A DNA stretch of 64,000 nucleotides from Hypanus sabinus (taxonomy: Eukaryota): contig NC_082735.1 of NCBI RefSeq assembly GCF_030144855.1, positions 17,422,001-17,486,000 of the forward strand, in the 5' to 3' direction. Positions 26,790 through 39,539 of the stretch are shown here, one piece after another; position 1 is the stretch's first letter, and the number at the start of each line of letters is the position of its first letter. The position numbers were made by a program, and so were the translations under genes. The notes under the pieces are model-generated. The model was given only the letters and a program-made list of their open reading frames with translations. It searched no databases and was not told where the DNA came from.

Positions 26790-27707
26790 CATTTTTTGTT
26801 CACTAAATTAACCTAAAATGCATAATTAATATTTATTAGTGCTATCCATGTGCTGTTGATGGTCCTCAAGTGAGATTGGATTAGGGTTTCCAGTATTTGC
26901 ACCTAATGACAAAAGTGCAACATATTTCCCAGTTTGGAGGGTAACACACAAACTTTGACATTCCCTTATGGCTGATGTCTTTACTCTAGAATCAATCAGA
27001 CAATAGGTTTGAGGTATACTGTCCAAGATACAATATGCAAAATGAAAGCTTGCTTTGGTAGAGTCAGGGAATTGTTTTGGGTGGTGGAATGGCAGCCTAT
27101 CATGCTGCTACTTTGCTCTGGATGGTAGCAGTTTCTTCATCCTGTTGCACTCATTTAGAAAAATTGGAGAGTATGCCATCATACTCCTGGCTTGTGCTTT
27201 GTGGGAGCCATACTCTGCAAAATACCCAGTCACTGAACTTCCCTTGCAGACTCAGTCTTTATATAAGCTCATCCAATTAAACTTCTGGTTATTGGCAATC
27301 CTCAGAACATTGATAATGGAAGATTTGGTGATGGTAAGTCTTTAAAGAGCTTGACAGATTCTGCCTTGCTGATTCTGCTCATTCTCTGGCACAAGATGTT
27401 ATGATTATTTCTTGATCCTGATTTCTGACTCTGGGCGAGTTTGCACATTGCTCTGTTACCACATGAAATACCTCCGACTGCTCCTGTTTCCTCCTGCATT
27501 ACAAAGACCTGCTGATTGCTGGCTACCTAGCTAACAGACCTTGTACAAGTGAGTCAGGGCAAGTGAGCCAATAGGGTGTTGAGTACATTGCAGAGAAATG
27601 GGTGGAGTTAACAGAATACTTTAAAAAACAGCATGGACTGAATAACAACACACACAAAATACTGGTAGAACACAGCAGGCTAGGCAGCATCTATAGGGAG
27701 AAGCGCT

Positions 27708-27741
27708 GTCGACGTTTCAGGACGAGGTCCTTCGTCAGGAC
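27708..27741 (-). ncRNA. Minimal type-I hammerhead ribozyme motif (Penelope-associated)
   Basis: GUC-CUGACGA-AGGAC(CUC)GUCCU-GAAAC-GUC^GAC: full core, 5-bp stem II, GUC/GAC stem I, palindromic ACGU minimal stem III. Confidence 0.75.
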
Positions 27742-27777
27742 TAACTGACTAACAGATACTATCTTTCCTTTCGGTTA

Positions 27778-27811
27778 GTCCTGACGAAGGGTCTCGGCCC
27801 GAAACGTCGAC
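27778..27811 (+). ncRNA. Minimal type-I hammerhead ribozyme motif (Penelope-associated)
   Basis: GUC-CUGACGA-A-GGGU(CUCG)GCCC-GAAAC-GUC^GAC. Confidence 0.72.
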
Positions 27812-28945
27812 AGCACTTCTCCCTATAGATGCTGCCTGGCCTGCTGTGTTCTACCAGCATTTTGTGTGTGTTGTTGTTTGAATTTCCAGCATCTGCAGAT
27901 TTCCTCGTGTTTGCTCTTTAAATGGACTGAATAGTCTCTTTCTGACAGAAGATAGCATTAACAATGAAATGATCCATTTCAATTGCTACAACAATTGTTG
28001 GGGAGGAGAGAGAGGCTTTGGGATTCTAACATTTTTACTATCATTCATTCTTTGGGGCACTCTTCTGTTTTCGTGGATGTCTGTGAAGAACAAGAACTTC
28101 AGGATGTATATTGCATACATTTCTCTGATATTAAATAAAACTACTAAGCTATTGCCCTATGTGCCAGATACAATGCTAGACAGTAGGGGATTTTCCCCTA
28201 GGTTTCAAATGTCTTCAGTTTTACTTGGGATTCCTTCATGTTACTCAATTGAGTTATGCCAAAATACCAAGGACATCTTACTTTACCTCTGGAACTAAGT
28301 TCCTCTGCATCATAGCCTGAAATAACGCATGCTGGCAGAACAGGTAGCGTTAGTTAGATCTGTTAGTGAGAAAATGGTGGCAGACAACAATGTTGCTGAT
28401 ACCTTTGCCAATGGGACAATAATTAGCTGGATTTGATTTTCTGGCTTTCTGGATGGGACATACTTGGGCATCATTTCATATCATAAATATAATTGTTCTG
28501 CTGTAATGTGGCTATAACTGTAACTAGTTCTGGGGTATCCACTGCTTCTAGTTGTTTTTCGGTATCACAGACTGAACTGAATTTGGCAGATGACCAGCTG
28601 TGAAACACAGCGGAAATTCAGGAACAACAGAGGTGAATTGATCAGTTCTCCTTGCCCAGGGCAGTTTCACGTACTTCTTCATCCTGGTCTTCTGCAACAA
28701 AGCTGGGGTGTTCCGCTACCTTTGAAATCTGTCCACTTCTGAGGTGCTTAAATATCCACCGCTATTCACTACTGGGCTACAGAGAAAGCATTGTTATCTC
28801 CAACTGTTAGATTATAAACTAGGTAACATGCTTCACCTTCAGATACTTCCATCTGAAATCAATTCACTCCCTCATTTTAAATGACAGAGATACTCCACAA
28901 CATTGTAAAACATGTGGCAAGAAAAATAATACAAGTTGTACTTAC

Positions 28946-28979
28946 ACTTCTTGGCTTTTTATTCAGCTTGATATCAATC
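28946..28979 (-). CDS. MEAF6: MEAF6 penultimate coding exon
   Basis: acttatag|GATTGATATC...AGAAGT|gtaagt; IDIKLNKKPRS; 34 nt, phase 2 to 0. Confidence 0.94.
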
Positions 28980-30501
28980 CTATAAGTAAAATAAGAATAT
29001 TTGACACTGTTACTTGAAAAATCACAACACTTACCATCCACTGATATTAACAGCAACAACCAGAACATCAAAGCATTTATTTCAGTTTATAACTTGTTTC
29101 TCTTTAAATGGTTATTCTATTTCAGTTTATTTCTTGGCCTCTTACCAGCCCTGGAACTAAAACAGCATCTTGCACAAACTTAATGTTTAAAGCTATTTCA
29201 TTGTCACCTTTCGAAATCGAAAGTTGGGTCACAATGTTGAGAGAAGAGAATATGATAAATTCTGTCAATTATATAAATCAAATTTATAGTTAGGGCCAAA
29301 AGTTGTTATGCTTTACATTTTCTGAAACTGACAGGACTAAAGCCAAAGAGTTGAAAAAGTAGCACACAGGAGAAGAAGAAAGGAAACTTAATGTCATCTG
29401 GCCATTGCTGGAGGTTGGAATCATAGACTAAAATGTTCCTATTTGATCTCATTTTGAATCTTACACTACAACTTGGCGAATTTGGTTCACTGTCAAATGA
29501 TGAGTAGTGGACATACTGTATATACACCAGAAAACCAATAAAACTCATTCAATCATTTTGCGAATGCATAACGGTTATTTGGATCTCAATGATAGCAGCT
29601 GTAGCTGACAGTGTCTAAAATAGCAAAATTTGTAGAGGTACTAAATATTTAAATTCATCTCGAAATGGCTATTTATTAAGGTGCTCCTTTCCAGGGCAAA
29701 GTATTAAGACATCCAACCAATACACTGAAAGTGCCACAGAAAATCATGCTAATTGGTATCAACTTGAAATGCAAAATGATAAAATACAACTTTATACATG
29801 CTCACATATCTAGACACAGATTCCAATATTTATATACTTTCTATGCAAACTTAAATATCAAAATGATACACACTAGAAACAAAATTCTTCAATAAACCAT
29901 TTTATACCCAAGGATTTTATTTGTAATCTGTATCATTCAAGTTCAAATAAAGATGAAAAAGACCTAACTTAAGGATTTGTGGGAAATTATTAATATCCAC
30001 AGTCCTGCTTGCTTTGTGATTTACATTAAGGTGCTTATCTGTCTTTTTCTATAAGGATGTTCTTACTTAACTTACTGAAGGGTATTTATGGCATTTTTCA
30101 AAGCTGCAGAATTATGAAAAACACACTGATCAATGCTGAAATACATGCATTACTGGTGAGATGAAACAACTATGGAATGCAAACAGTACACAGCTTGGAC
30201 ACATATTCTGCTCACCAGCAGAGGTTTCTACACTTCCTCATAAATCTCAATGATTGATAACCATTTATTAGGGATTTAATACAAAGTTCATTCAGTATTA
30301 TATAATCCTTATGCACAGAATATATCCTGAACACAAGACGAATTTAGTGTTTGGTAATCTATATACAATTATGTATCAGTGAGTATTCAATCCTAAAGCT
30401 ACTGGCAAAGATACTTCCATAAATGTCTACAGTCTACACATCACAGTAAAGGGGAATACTGGAAAAGAGACAGCACATATACTGACAGAAAGCAAACTTA
30501 C

Positions 30502-30531
30502 TCAAAGTCATAATCAAACATGCCAGATGGG
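30502..30531 (-). CDS. MEAF6: MEAF6 30-nt cassette micro-exon (SPSGMFDYDFE)
   Basis: catcaag|CCCATCTGGCATGTTTGATTATGACTTTGA|gtaagt; frame-preserving (phase 2 to 2); peptide matches my recollection of the alternatively spliced vertebrate MEAF6 segment. Confidence 0.9.
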
Positions 30532-31061
30532 CTTGATGGTAGCATAAAGGAGGAAAGAAAGCAACACGTTAACATATCAATTATCCAAACCAGAGTCTCA
30601 ACCTTTTTTGAATATACAATTTTTAGCAAAAAGGCAAGAGACTACTGGTATTTTGATAAATTTACTGGAGAAATAAATATATCCAAAATGTTTTCCATTC
30701 AATATTTATAAACCCATAGAAAAAAAAAGAGAATTTAAAACAAAAACTTATTGCATGGTACAGTAAGAGCATTAATTCTGTCTAATCCATTTAATGCAAA
30801 GGCAAAAAAGTTAGTGGGTCAGTGAGAAGAGTCCCTGCAACAAACAGGCACTAAAACAAAATCATTACATCCAATACTGTTAAATTTAATTTATAAAACT
30901 GATTATTTCCAATAAGCTGCTATTCATTTATTATAAAAAAATTACCAAAGGAAATCCCATGTCACGTCATATTTTGTTCCCTACAATCCCAGAAATAGTT
31001 GCACAAGATTCATCCACTCTAGCCCACGCACCTGAGAATCTCATGAATTTCAAATAATTAC

Positions 31062-31257
31062 CTGTGACGGTTTTTATTTTTCCTTTTCTTGTGACTCCCA
31101 TGGTGACTGCTGGATGAGGTAGAGGAGGCTGCTTTCTGAGGTTTCACGCCCTGCAGGTGCGACCCATCCAATTCCTCAGTGTCCTCCTGGCTGGGTTCGT
31201 TCTCCTGGTTCTGGAAGTCTGGTGAATTGTCACTTTCTGTCCCACTGCCTGGTTCAC
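31062..31257 (-). CDS. MEAF6: MEAF6 coding exon 5
   Basis: tatgttag|GTGAACCA...CACAG|gtaatt; [25 protein letters not shown]...[10 protein letters not shown]; 196 nt, phase 1 to 2. Confidence 0.96.
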
Positions 31258-31769
31258 CTAACATATTTCACACAGAAAATGTAACAGATTTTAAAAAAAC
31301 ATCTGCTAGTTCTACCTTTGATAACTACATTCTTCAAAGCACATCAGCACAAATGATCAACCTTAGAAAATGTCATCAAATTTTAAGTATTAGAAATTGT
31401 TGCCACAGCACTTCAGTTTCTAATGGTACAACCAAATACCACAGACAAAATGTTTACAGCATACATAGTGAACCATGAGAAGTTATATTACACTGTTGAC
31501 ACCATTGGTCATTATTTCTCTGCCATGATAAAATTAAAAAGCAAATAAAACCATAAACATGTCCAGGTTAGCAGAAATTAATAAAACAAGGTGTCAGAAT
31601 TGCAATTAATTTAGAAGACTTGTTCAAAGCTTGATGACGTCAATATAATCACTCTTCTACTGAACCAACCTTCCCTGCCTCATTTCCAACAACTACCCAA
31701 AACATTTGAGAAAAATTGCCTGCTACAGGTCAATTTCTGTCAATAGATTAAGCATGGTTTTAGACTTAC

Positions 31770-31815
31770 GTTTTTCCACCAGTTGGTCCTGGACACCAGT
31801 CAAAGCACTGACTGC
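31770..31815 (-). CDS. MEAF6: MEAF6 coding exon 4
   Basis: cattgtag|GCAGTC...AAAAC|gtaagt; AVSALTGVQDQLVEK(R); 46 nt, phase 0 to 1; too short for the ORF track. Confidence 0.94.
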
Positions 31816-31894
31816 CTACAATGAGAGGGATCGAACAATAACACTAAATAGACAATAAAAAATATATCTGCAAATTTTAAGCATCTTATAATTA

Positions 31895-32086
<192 letters not shown>

Positions 32087-32657
32087 TTATGCAGGTGCCC
32101 TGATTATAAGATTTAAGAAAGAGTGCATACAGGGAAAGGGAAAAGTAAAACGAAAACAAGTTAGAAATCCTTCACCTAAATAGCTGGTTTACACAACTAT
32201 TGGTTATGCTCCCAAAATAAGTGATCCACTTTACATGCTGCACAGGATGAAGTCATTCAGACATGAAGTAAAGGAGAAAAAGATGTCTTTGGTTTTGGTA
32301 CACTTTTTTACTTTTGATCTTTGTAATTTTGAACTATGAGATGTATCTTGACACTTATTTGAATAATTGGGATTGTTGATCCACAAATGAATGCTGTAGG
32401 TATGGTTAAAACTGGCTTTCCCACAAGGCACTGTCATTAGTCAATAACTTGCTACATAACTGCAATACAATTTCATACTAGATTAGGTTATAGTTCTGAG
32501 AACTTCAAGCCTCAAAGGAAATCATCTTATATCAATCTGCACTCCTCAGCTGAACGCACTGAATTTTGTCCAGGTATGATTCCTCAGGCCCTCGAATCCA
32601 CCTATACCTTTCAATGGTCATTCTTCCCAAACCGTGTTCCGTTCTTGTTGCCTCATT

Positions 32658-33125
32658 AATAGGAAGGATGTGTAAGCTTTAGAGGGGGTGCAGAGGTTTA
32701 CCAGGATGCCGCCTGAGCTAGAGGACATGTCTTATGAGGATAGGTTGAGTGAGCTGGAGTGAAGGAGGATGAGAGGTGATCTGATAGAGGTCTACAAGAT
32801 GATAAGGGGCACAGAAAAAGTAGAGCCAAGGATTTTCTCTCAGGGTAGAAATGGCTTATACAAGGGGCATAATTTTAAGGTGATTGGAGGAACACATAGG
32901 AGGGATGTCAGAGGTAAATTGTTTATACAGAGAGTGGTGAGTAGACAGGGGTGGTTGTAGAGGCGGGTACATAAAGATCATTTAAGAAACACTGAGATTG
33001 GCACATGGATGATTGAAAAATGGAGGGTTTATGTAGGAGCAGATGGTTAGATTTCTCTCAGAGCATGTTAAAAGGTTGGCACAACACCGAAGGGCCTGTA
33101 CTGTGCCGTAATGTTCCATGATCTA
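32658..33125 (+). mobile_element. CR1 LINE 3' fragment
   Basis: MRGDLIEVYKMIRG...GHNFKVIGG; ends GAAGGGCCTGTACTGTGC. Confidence 0.85.
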
Positions 33126-33392
33126 TCAACTCAAGCATTCAAATATTAGTACACTTTTTATTATGAGAATAGCAGTAGAGCCTAGTTCTATTCAACAGTA
33201 GGGTGATTGAGAACACAAGTCCAGCTGTACAATTCCCTAAACTGTGGTCCAATAGTCCTGAGGTCAAGTTTACTTATCCAAGTACTACCCTGTATGGGTG
33301 CAACTCAAGATACCTCTATGTTACTATGCAAAGTCTTATTCAAGAGATTCAATAGTCTGCAGTCAGAATAAGCAAATCTTAGTAATGAAACA

Positions 33393-33942
33393 TACACTCA
33401 CTTTATAAGGCACACCAGCTCATTAATGTAAATATCTAATCAGCCAATTATGTGGCAGCAACTTAATGCATAAAAGCATGCAGACATGGTCAAAAGGTTC
33501 AGTTGTTGTTTTTCAGAACAAACATCTGAATAGGGAAGAAATGTAATCCAAGTGACTATGACCATTGGTACAAGACAGGGTATTTTCAATATCTCAGAAA
33601 CTGCTGACCTCCTGGGATTGATTTTTTTTTTACACACACACAAGTCTCTAGAATTTACAGAAACAGTGCAAAAACAAAAAAAAAACATCCAGGTTTATGT
33701 GCAAAAGTGCCATATTAATGAGAGAGGTCAAAGGAGAATGGTTAGATTGGTTGAAGCTGACAGGAAAGCGATAGTAACTGGAATAACCAGGCATTATAAC
33801 AGTGGTATGTAGTAGAATATCTCTGATCACACAAGATGTTGAATCTTGAAGTACATGGGGTACAGCAGCAGAAGACCACAAACATACCTTCAGGGGCCAC
33901 TTTATTAGATACAGGAGATACCTAATAAAGTGGACACTGAGT
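33393..33942 (+). mobile_element. Internally deleted Tc1-family element
   Basis: Remnant HTH (ISETADLLG...RGQRRMVRLVEADRKA); duplicated right-end motif CCTAATAAAGTGGACACTGAG. Confidence 0.72.
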
Positions 33943-34068
33943 CTTTCTGGTCTATGGACGTGATACAAGATTGTTTTGGGGGCCAAACAATATAAACTTT
34001 ACCTCTTTTTATTTGGAAAATTCACAGTAGCTATAATACATAATACATCTGGAACAGATTGAATTTTA

Positions 34069-34272
<204 letters not shown>

Positions 34273-35849
34273 CTATAGAAAGAATAAATTAACTGTTAAA
34301 ACTGTGGGAGAACAAAAATTCTCTTGTATTGCAATGTAATGCAGTGAGCATCGGTAAATTTCAGAAGTGGGATAGAAAATTAAATGCTTCATATTCTCTA
34401 CATCTTCTGATTAAACCTTATTCACAAAAATAACTAATGCACAACTTTACAATAAAGGATACAGAAAAGGAGTATAAAGATCAATTATTGAAAATTCTGA
34501 CAGGAAAATTAGTCCCATGGTAAGTATACATCTTAGCTATAAAACTTCTCAGTAAGATCTAGGTTCTAATTATCAATGGTCAGCATTTGGATATGGAGAA
34601 TATTATTTAACACTTTAGGAATTTTCACAATTCAGGAATTTTATACTAGTCATGCAGCTGATTAACACAGGTTTACCAAAACATCACTGCTTTACCAGAA
34701 AAAATAAGGACAGATTGGATATTCCCAAATAAACTGGACTAACCTGTTCCAATTGCTTAAAAACATGGGATTTAATTGGACATAGAGAAAAAGTATTTTA
34801 ACTGGTGCAATCTTGAAAATGCTTCAAACTGGAGATTAACCATTTAAGGGCGAAATCAGGAATTCCAATTGTATACACGAGCTTCCCAAAATGCAAAACT
34901 GTCTTTGCCAAAAGGCAATGGATACAACAACAAAGAAATTTCAAGAGATGCAAACCTATGAATTAGGATCAGGACACTCTTTAGGTTTCCTATGCCCTAA
35001 GATCATGGCTGATCATTCTGCAAGCTCTACTCCGCATTCCCATTTGTCCAGCAGAACCTATTACGTCCTTGGGAAGAATCTATCCTCTGCCTGGAACAAG
35101 CTAGAGTATCAAGACCCACTCAAGGAAAAGATTCACTTCATCTCTACCTTCATTTTTTTTTAGTATCACCTCTGGTCTTAGCTTCTCACTTGAGAAGAAA
35201 CATCCTCCTCACCCTTTCAAAACATCTCAGGAGTTCACTTTAATCAGTTATCTCTGACTCTTCTTTACAAAACCACTTCATTCAACATTTTCTCACAAAT
35301 CAACCCACCCGATTCACTCTCAACCTGGTAAAACTCTAAACTACTTACAATGTATTTCTATCCTTCCCTAGATCAGAAATCTATGCTATACATAGTATTC
35401 TAAATATAGTCTCACTAACACTCTGACTGAAACATAACTTTCTGACTTTTGTATTTTTGTATTCAATTCCCTTACAGGTAAACAATAACATTAATTACCT
35501 TTTCCCCTTATCTGAAATAGCTGCATACTTGCCTTCTGAGTACTAGGACACCTGGATCCCTCTGCAAATCAGAGATCTGTAAAAACTTACCAGTTAAATA
35601 ACAGATTGCTTTTTATTGATTCTGCCAAAAGTAGGTATAAAAATTTTGTAAGCATGGGCATAAAAGGAAACAGAATTCCAGTTGCTCAGGAGTTCAATGT
35701 AAGGTCATTTATTTTACAGTGACTGAACAACTTATCCTTGTTCCTCTGTCTTTTATGTCAGGCGGTTATGGCAATGCTGAGGACTCTACAATAAGGAAAA
35801 ACGGCTGCTGTAAGTTAAAAACAGACTTCAGTACTGACCATTTAGAAAC

Positions 35850-36345
35850 AATAGAAAATCTGCAGATGCCTGAGATCTGAGCACCACACACCAAATGCTG
35901 GAGGAACTCAGCAGGCCAGGCAGCATTTAGGAAATGAGTACAATCAATGTTTCAACCCAAGATGTCAACTGCATTCTTTTCCTAGATGCTGCCTGGCCTG
36001 CTGAGTTCCTTCAGCAATTTGTATGTAGTTTTCAGTGCTGACCATACTGAATTACACAAAATAATCAGTAGCCACTTTTGAAGTTTCACACATCCAACTG
36101 TTGGCTTAATCAGATGTGGATGCCAAGGTGTGACTGAGATGGTGACTCTGAACAGAAACATGTACAATTACATACTGGAAATTATACTGGTCCCACAGGT
36201 CTATCAATACTTGGTTACCTAACCACAACCTATAACAAACACCTGTCCTGATGAAGGGTCTCAGCCCGAGATGTTGACCGTTTACTCTTTTCTGTAGATG
36301 CTGTCTGGCCTACTGAATTCCTCCAGCATTTTGTGTGTGTTGCTT
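35850..36345. mobile_element. Penelope pseudo-LTR fragments (inverted pair 35850-36030 plus copy 36244-36345)
   Basis: GATGCTGCCTGGCCTGCTGAGTTCCTCCAGCATTTTGTGTG family motif in both orientations. Confidence 0.75.
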
Positions 36346-36355
36346 TAGGAGCCTA

Positions 36356-37910
36356 CAATTAGCTGGCTTTCTTCATTAATTATTCATAAAACATGGTCTG
36401 ATCTTCATCTAAGTCACAATATTAGACAAACACAATGTGTCTAAACTATTAACACACAAACAATCGTACCTTTTCATGTCTTTATTAAACACCTTGTTTA
36501 ATCATTCACAGCCTAGGCTGAAAAGTATGTGAACCCTTGTATTTAATAACTGGTAGAACCTCCTGAAGCACCAGTAACCTCAAAACATTTCCTGTAGTTA
36601 CTGATCCCATTTGCACAACAGCAAGGAGAAATTTTAGACCATTCCTCCATTCAAAATTGTTTCAGTTCATCAATATTTCTGGGAGATCTTGCACGAACAG
36701 TCCTCTTCAGGTCATGCCACAGCATCTCAATGGTGTTAAGGTCTGGACTCTGTCTTGGCCATTCCAAAATATGAATTTTCTTCTTTCTTTTTCTTCTGTT
36801 GTTGATTTACTCTTGTTTTGGATCATTGCCTTGTTGCATCATCCAACTTCTATAAAACTTCAGGTGACAAACCACTACACAGACATTCTCCTGTAAAATG
36901 TCTTGATACAAATTTGAATTCATTGTTCCCTCAATGATTGCAAACTGTCCAGGCCCTGAGGCAACAAAGCAAGCCCAAACCATGATGCTCCTTTCTCCGT
37001 GCTTCACAGTTGGGATGAGGTTTTGGTGCTGGTGTGCAGCGCCCTTTTTCCTCCAGACATAAGTGTGCATTTCTGCCAACAAGTTCAATTTTCATCTCCT
37101 CTGTCTACAGAACATTGTCCCAGAAGTATCGGAGAACATCTAGGTGGCCTTTTGCAAACTTGAGACGTGCAGCAATTCTTCTTTTTAGAGAGCAGTGGTT
37201 TCCTCTATGATGTCCTTCCATGAACACCATTCTTGTTCAGTGTTTTTCTTGTAGTGGACACATGAACAGAGACTTTAGCAAGTTCTAGAGGTTTCTGCAG
37301 GTCTTTTGCTGTTACCCTTGGGTTCTTTCTCACCTCCTTCAGCATTGCGTGGTGTGACTTTGCAGGATGCTCACTCACAGGAAGAGTAGCAACAGTACTG
37401 AATTTCATCCGTTTGGAGACAATTTCTCTCACTGTGAACTGATGAACACTCAGGTCTTTAGAAATGCTCTTGTAGCCTTTTCCAGCTTCATGCATCTCTA
37501 CAATTCTTCTTCTAGGGTCCTCTGTAAGTTGCTTTGATTGCAACATGGTGCACATAACCAGAACTTTCTTGAGAAGAACAGGCTCTGTCAGTAACTTGAC
37601 ATTGTATTTCTTTTTTATAGGGCAGGGCACTTCTATAATCCATACCCCCAATCTCATCTCATTGATTGGAACACCAAGACTCCAAATAGCTTTTGTAGAA
37701 GGCATTACCCCAGAGATTCACATACATTTGTGAACCTAGTCTGTGATTGTTTAAATGGCGTACTCAGTATTGATGAGAAGTATTATTAGTTTAGGCAAAT
37801 AGTGTTGGTCCATTATTGTGCCTTAGATGAAGATCAAACCACATTTTAAGAGTAATTAATGCAGAAAACTAGGTAACTGCAAAGGGTTCACAAACCTTTG
37901 CTTACAATTG
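36356..37910 (-). mobile_element. Tc1-like transposon (Frog Prince-like protein), decayed, in MEAF6 intron 1
   Basis: Fragments EAGKGYKSISKDL, KNPRVTAKDLQ, PTVKHGERSIMVWACF, MQQGNDPK; long degenerate TIRs; right end ...CAATTG-TA; left end partly deleted. Confidence 0.88.
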
Positions 37911-38839
37911 TATAGCTTTGTCTTTCAATTACTTTATGACCATAAAACAGATGAGCAGAATTAGGCCATTTGGCCCATCAAGTCTGCTCTGCCATTTGAT
38001 TTAATATCCCCCTCAACCTTATTCCCCTGCCTTCCTCCTATAATCTTTGATGCCCTTACAAACCAAGAAACTATCAACCTCCAATTTAATTATACCCAAT
38101 GACTTGGCATCAATGAATTCCACAGATTCACAACAATCTGGCCAAAGAAATTCCATTTCATTTCTGTTCTAATGGAATACCCTCCTATTCTGAGGCTGTG
38201 TGGATGAAGACTGCCTTATATCGAATTGCAAACTTCCCCACCTCAGATCAGGTGTTCCAGTTTTGCCCTTACACCCCAGAGCTGTTAGGTTATTAAGCTA
38301 CCGTAAATGTAAACGCAGCTGGGAGAATCAGAAAGGTGTAAATACCTACGTACGAAAGAATAGGTTTCAAGGAAATAAACGGGGAATAGAATTGATCCAA
38401 GAGCTAGCAGAGATTTGATAAACCAAGCAACCTCCTGTTTTAAGGAAACATGAGAAATACTTTCATTCAGGCTGAGGCGCAAAATAAGCAGAAAGATATG
38501 CATTTAGATGATTCACAGTTACGATAATTAGGAATGAAAATTCAGAACACAGTTTCAATAATTTAAGCTGGTGGTTGTGAAGAGCTGCAAAGCATTACTG
38601 ATAATTAATTTTCCATCCTGATTCACTTGAAATCCAATTCAAAGCATAGGGTCTTGTATTAATCTCATTCTGTACAAGAAAACCTACAAACACTACCAGG
38701 CTAAGTGCAATTGCATGCTGTTAGCCCACAGACCCAGTGGCCATTGGACCAATGTTACTAGACTAGAGATGCAGTGCCTGGTGGATGCGTATTACTGTTC
38801 CAAAGTCATAGCGGCCATTGGTTGAATGCTGTTAGCCTG

Positions 38840-39522
38840 TAGGTACAGTGCAGTTGGGTGGACGGCGTGAACATTAACACGCAGGGACTGTTCAGTGGAC
38901 ATTGAGGTACAGTGTCCATTGGGTGAACACTGTGGTCATCAGGGTGTAATAACTATTGGATGGACATTGTAAACATTAAATTGTCGTGACCTTTGGGTGG
39001 ACGTTGTGGACATTAAAGTGCAGTGACCATTGGGCAGATGTTGTTGACATTAAGGCGAAGTGACCATTGAGTGAACATTGTGGACATGAAATGCAGAGAC
39101 CATTTGGTGGATATTAAGGTATGGTGCCTGTTGGGTGAACATTGTGGATATTAAGGTGCAGTGACCATTGTGTGAACGTTGTGGACATGAAATGCAGTGA
39201 CTATTTGATGGACATTAAGGAGTAGTGATGGTTGGGTGGACGTTGTGGATATTTAGGTGGAGTGACCGTTGAGTGGACACTGTGGGCATGCAATGCAGAG
39301 ACTATTTACATAGAAACATAGAAAATAGGTGCAGGAGTAGGCCATTTGGCCCTTCGAGCGTGGACATTAAGGAGTAGTGATGGTTGGGTGGACATTGTGG
39401 ATATTTAGGTGGAGTGACCATTGAGTGGACACTGTGGGCATGCAATGCAGAGACTATTTGGTGGGCATTAAGGTGTAGTGACCGTTGGGTGGTCATTCTG
39501 GACAATAAGGTGCAGTGACTAC
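38840..39522. repeat. Minisatellite with higher-order 37+37+27-bp (about 101-bp) structure in MEAF6 intron 1
   Basis: Monomer about GTGGACATTAAGGTGCAGTGACCATTGGGTGGACATT; every third unit shortened to GTGGACATGAAATGCAGAGACTATTTG. Confidence 0.9.
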
Positions 39523-39539
39523 TACTGCTGGATGCACTC

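Larger units (their letters stand above)
27645..27921. mobile_element. Inverted pair of Penelope pseudo-LTRs with 12-bp TSD
   Basis: About 105-bp inverted arms homologous to 48639-48790; flanked by ATGGACTGAATA at 27633-44 and 27922-33. Confidence 0.9.

Noticed and set aside
38840-39522. CRISPR-like repeat/spacer periodicity
   Set aside because: The units are degenerate tandem copies with no unique spacers, in a vertebrate intron with no cas genes; it is a minisatellite
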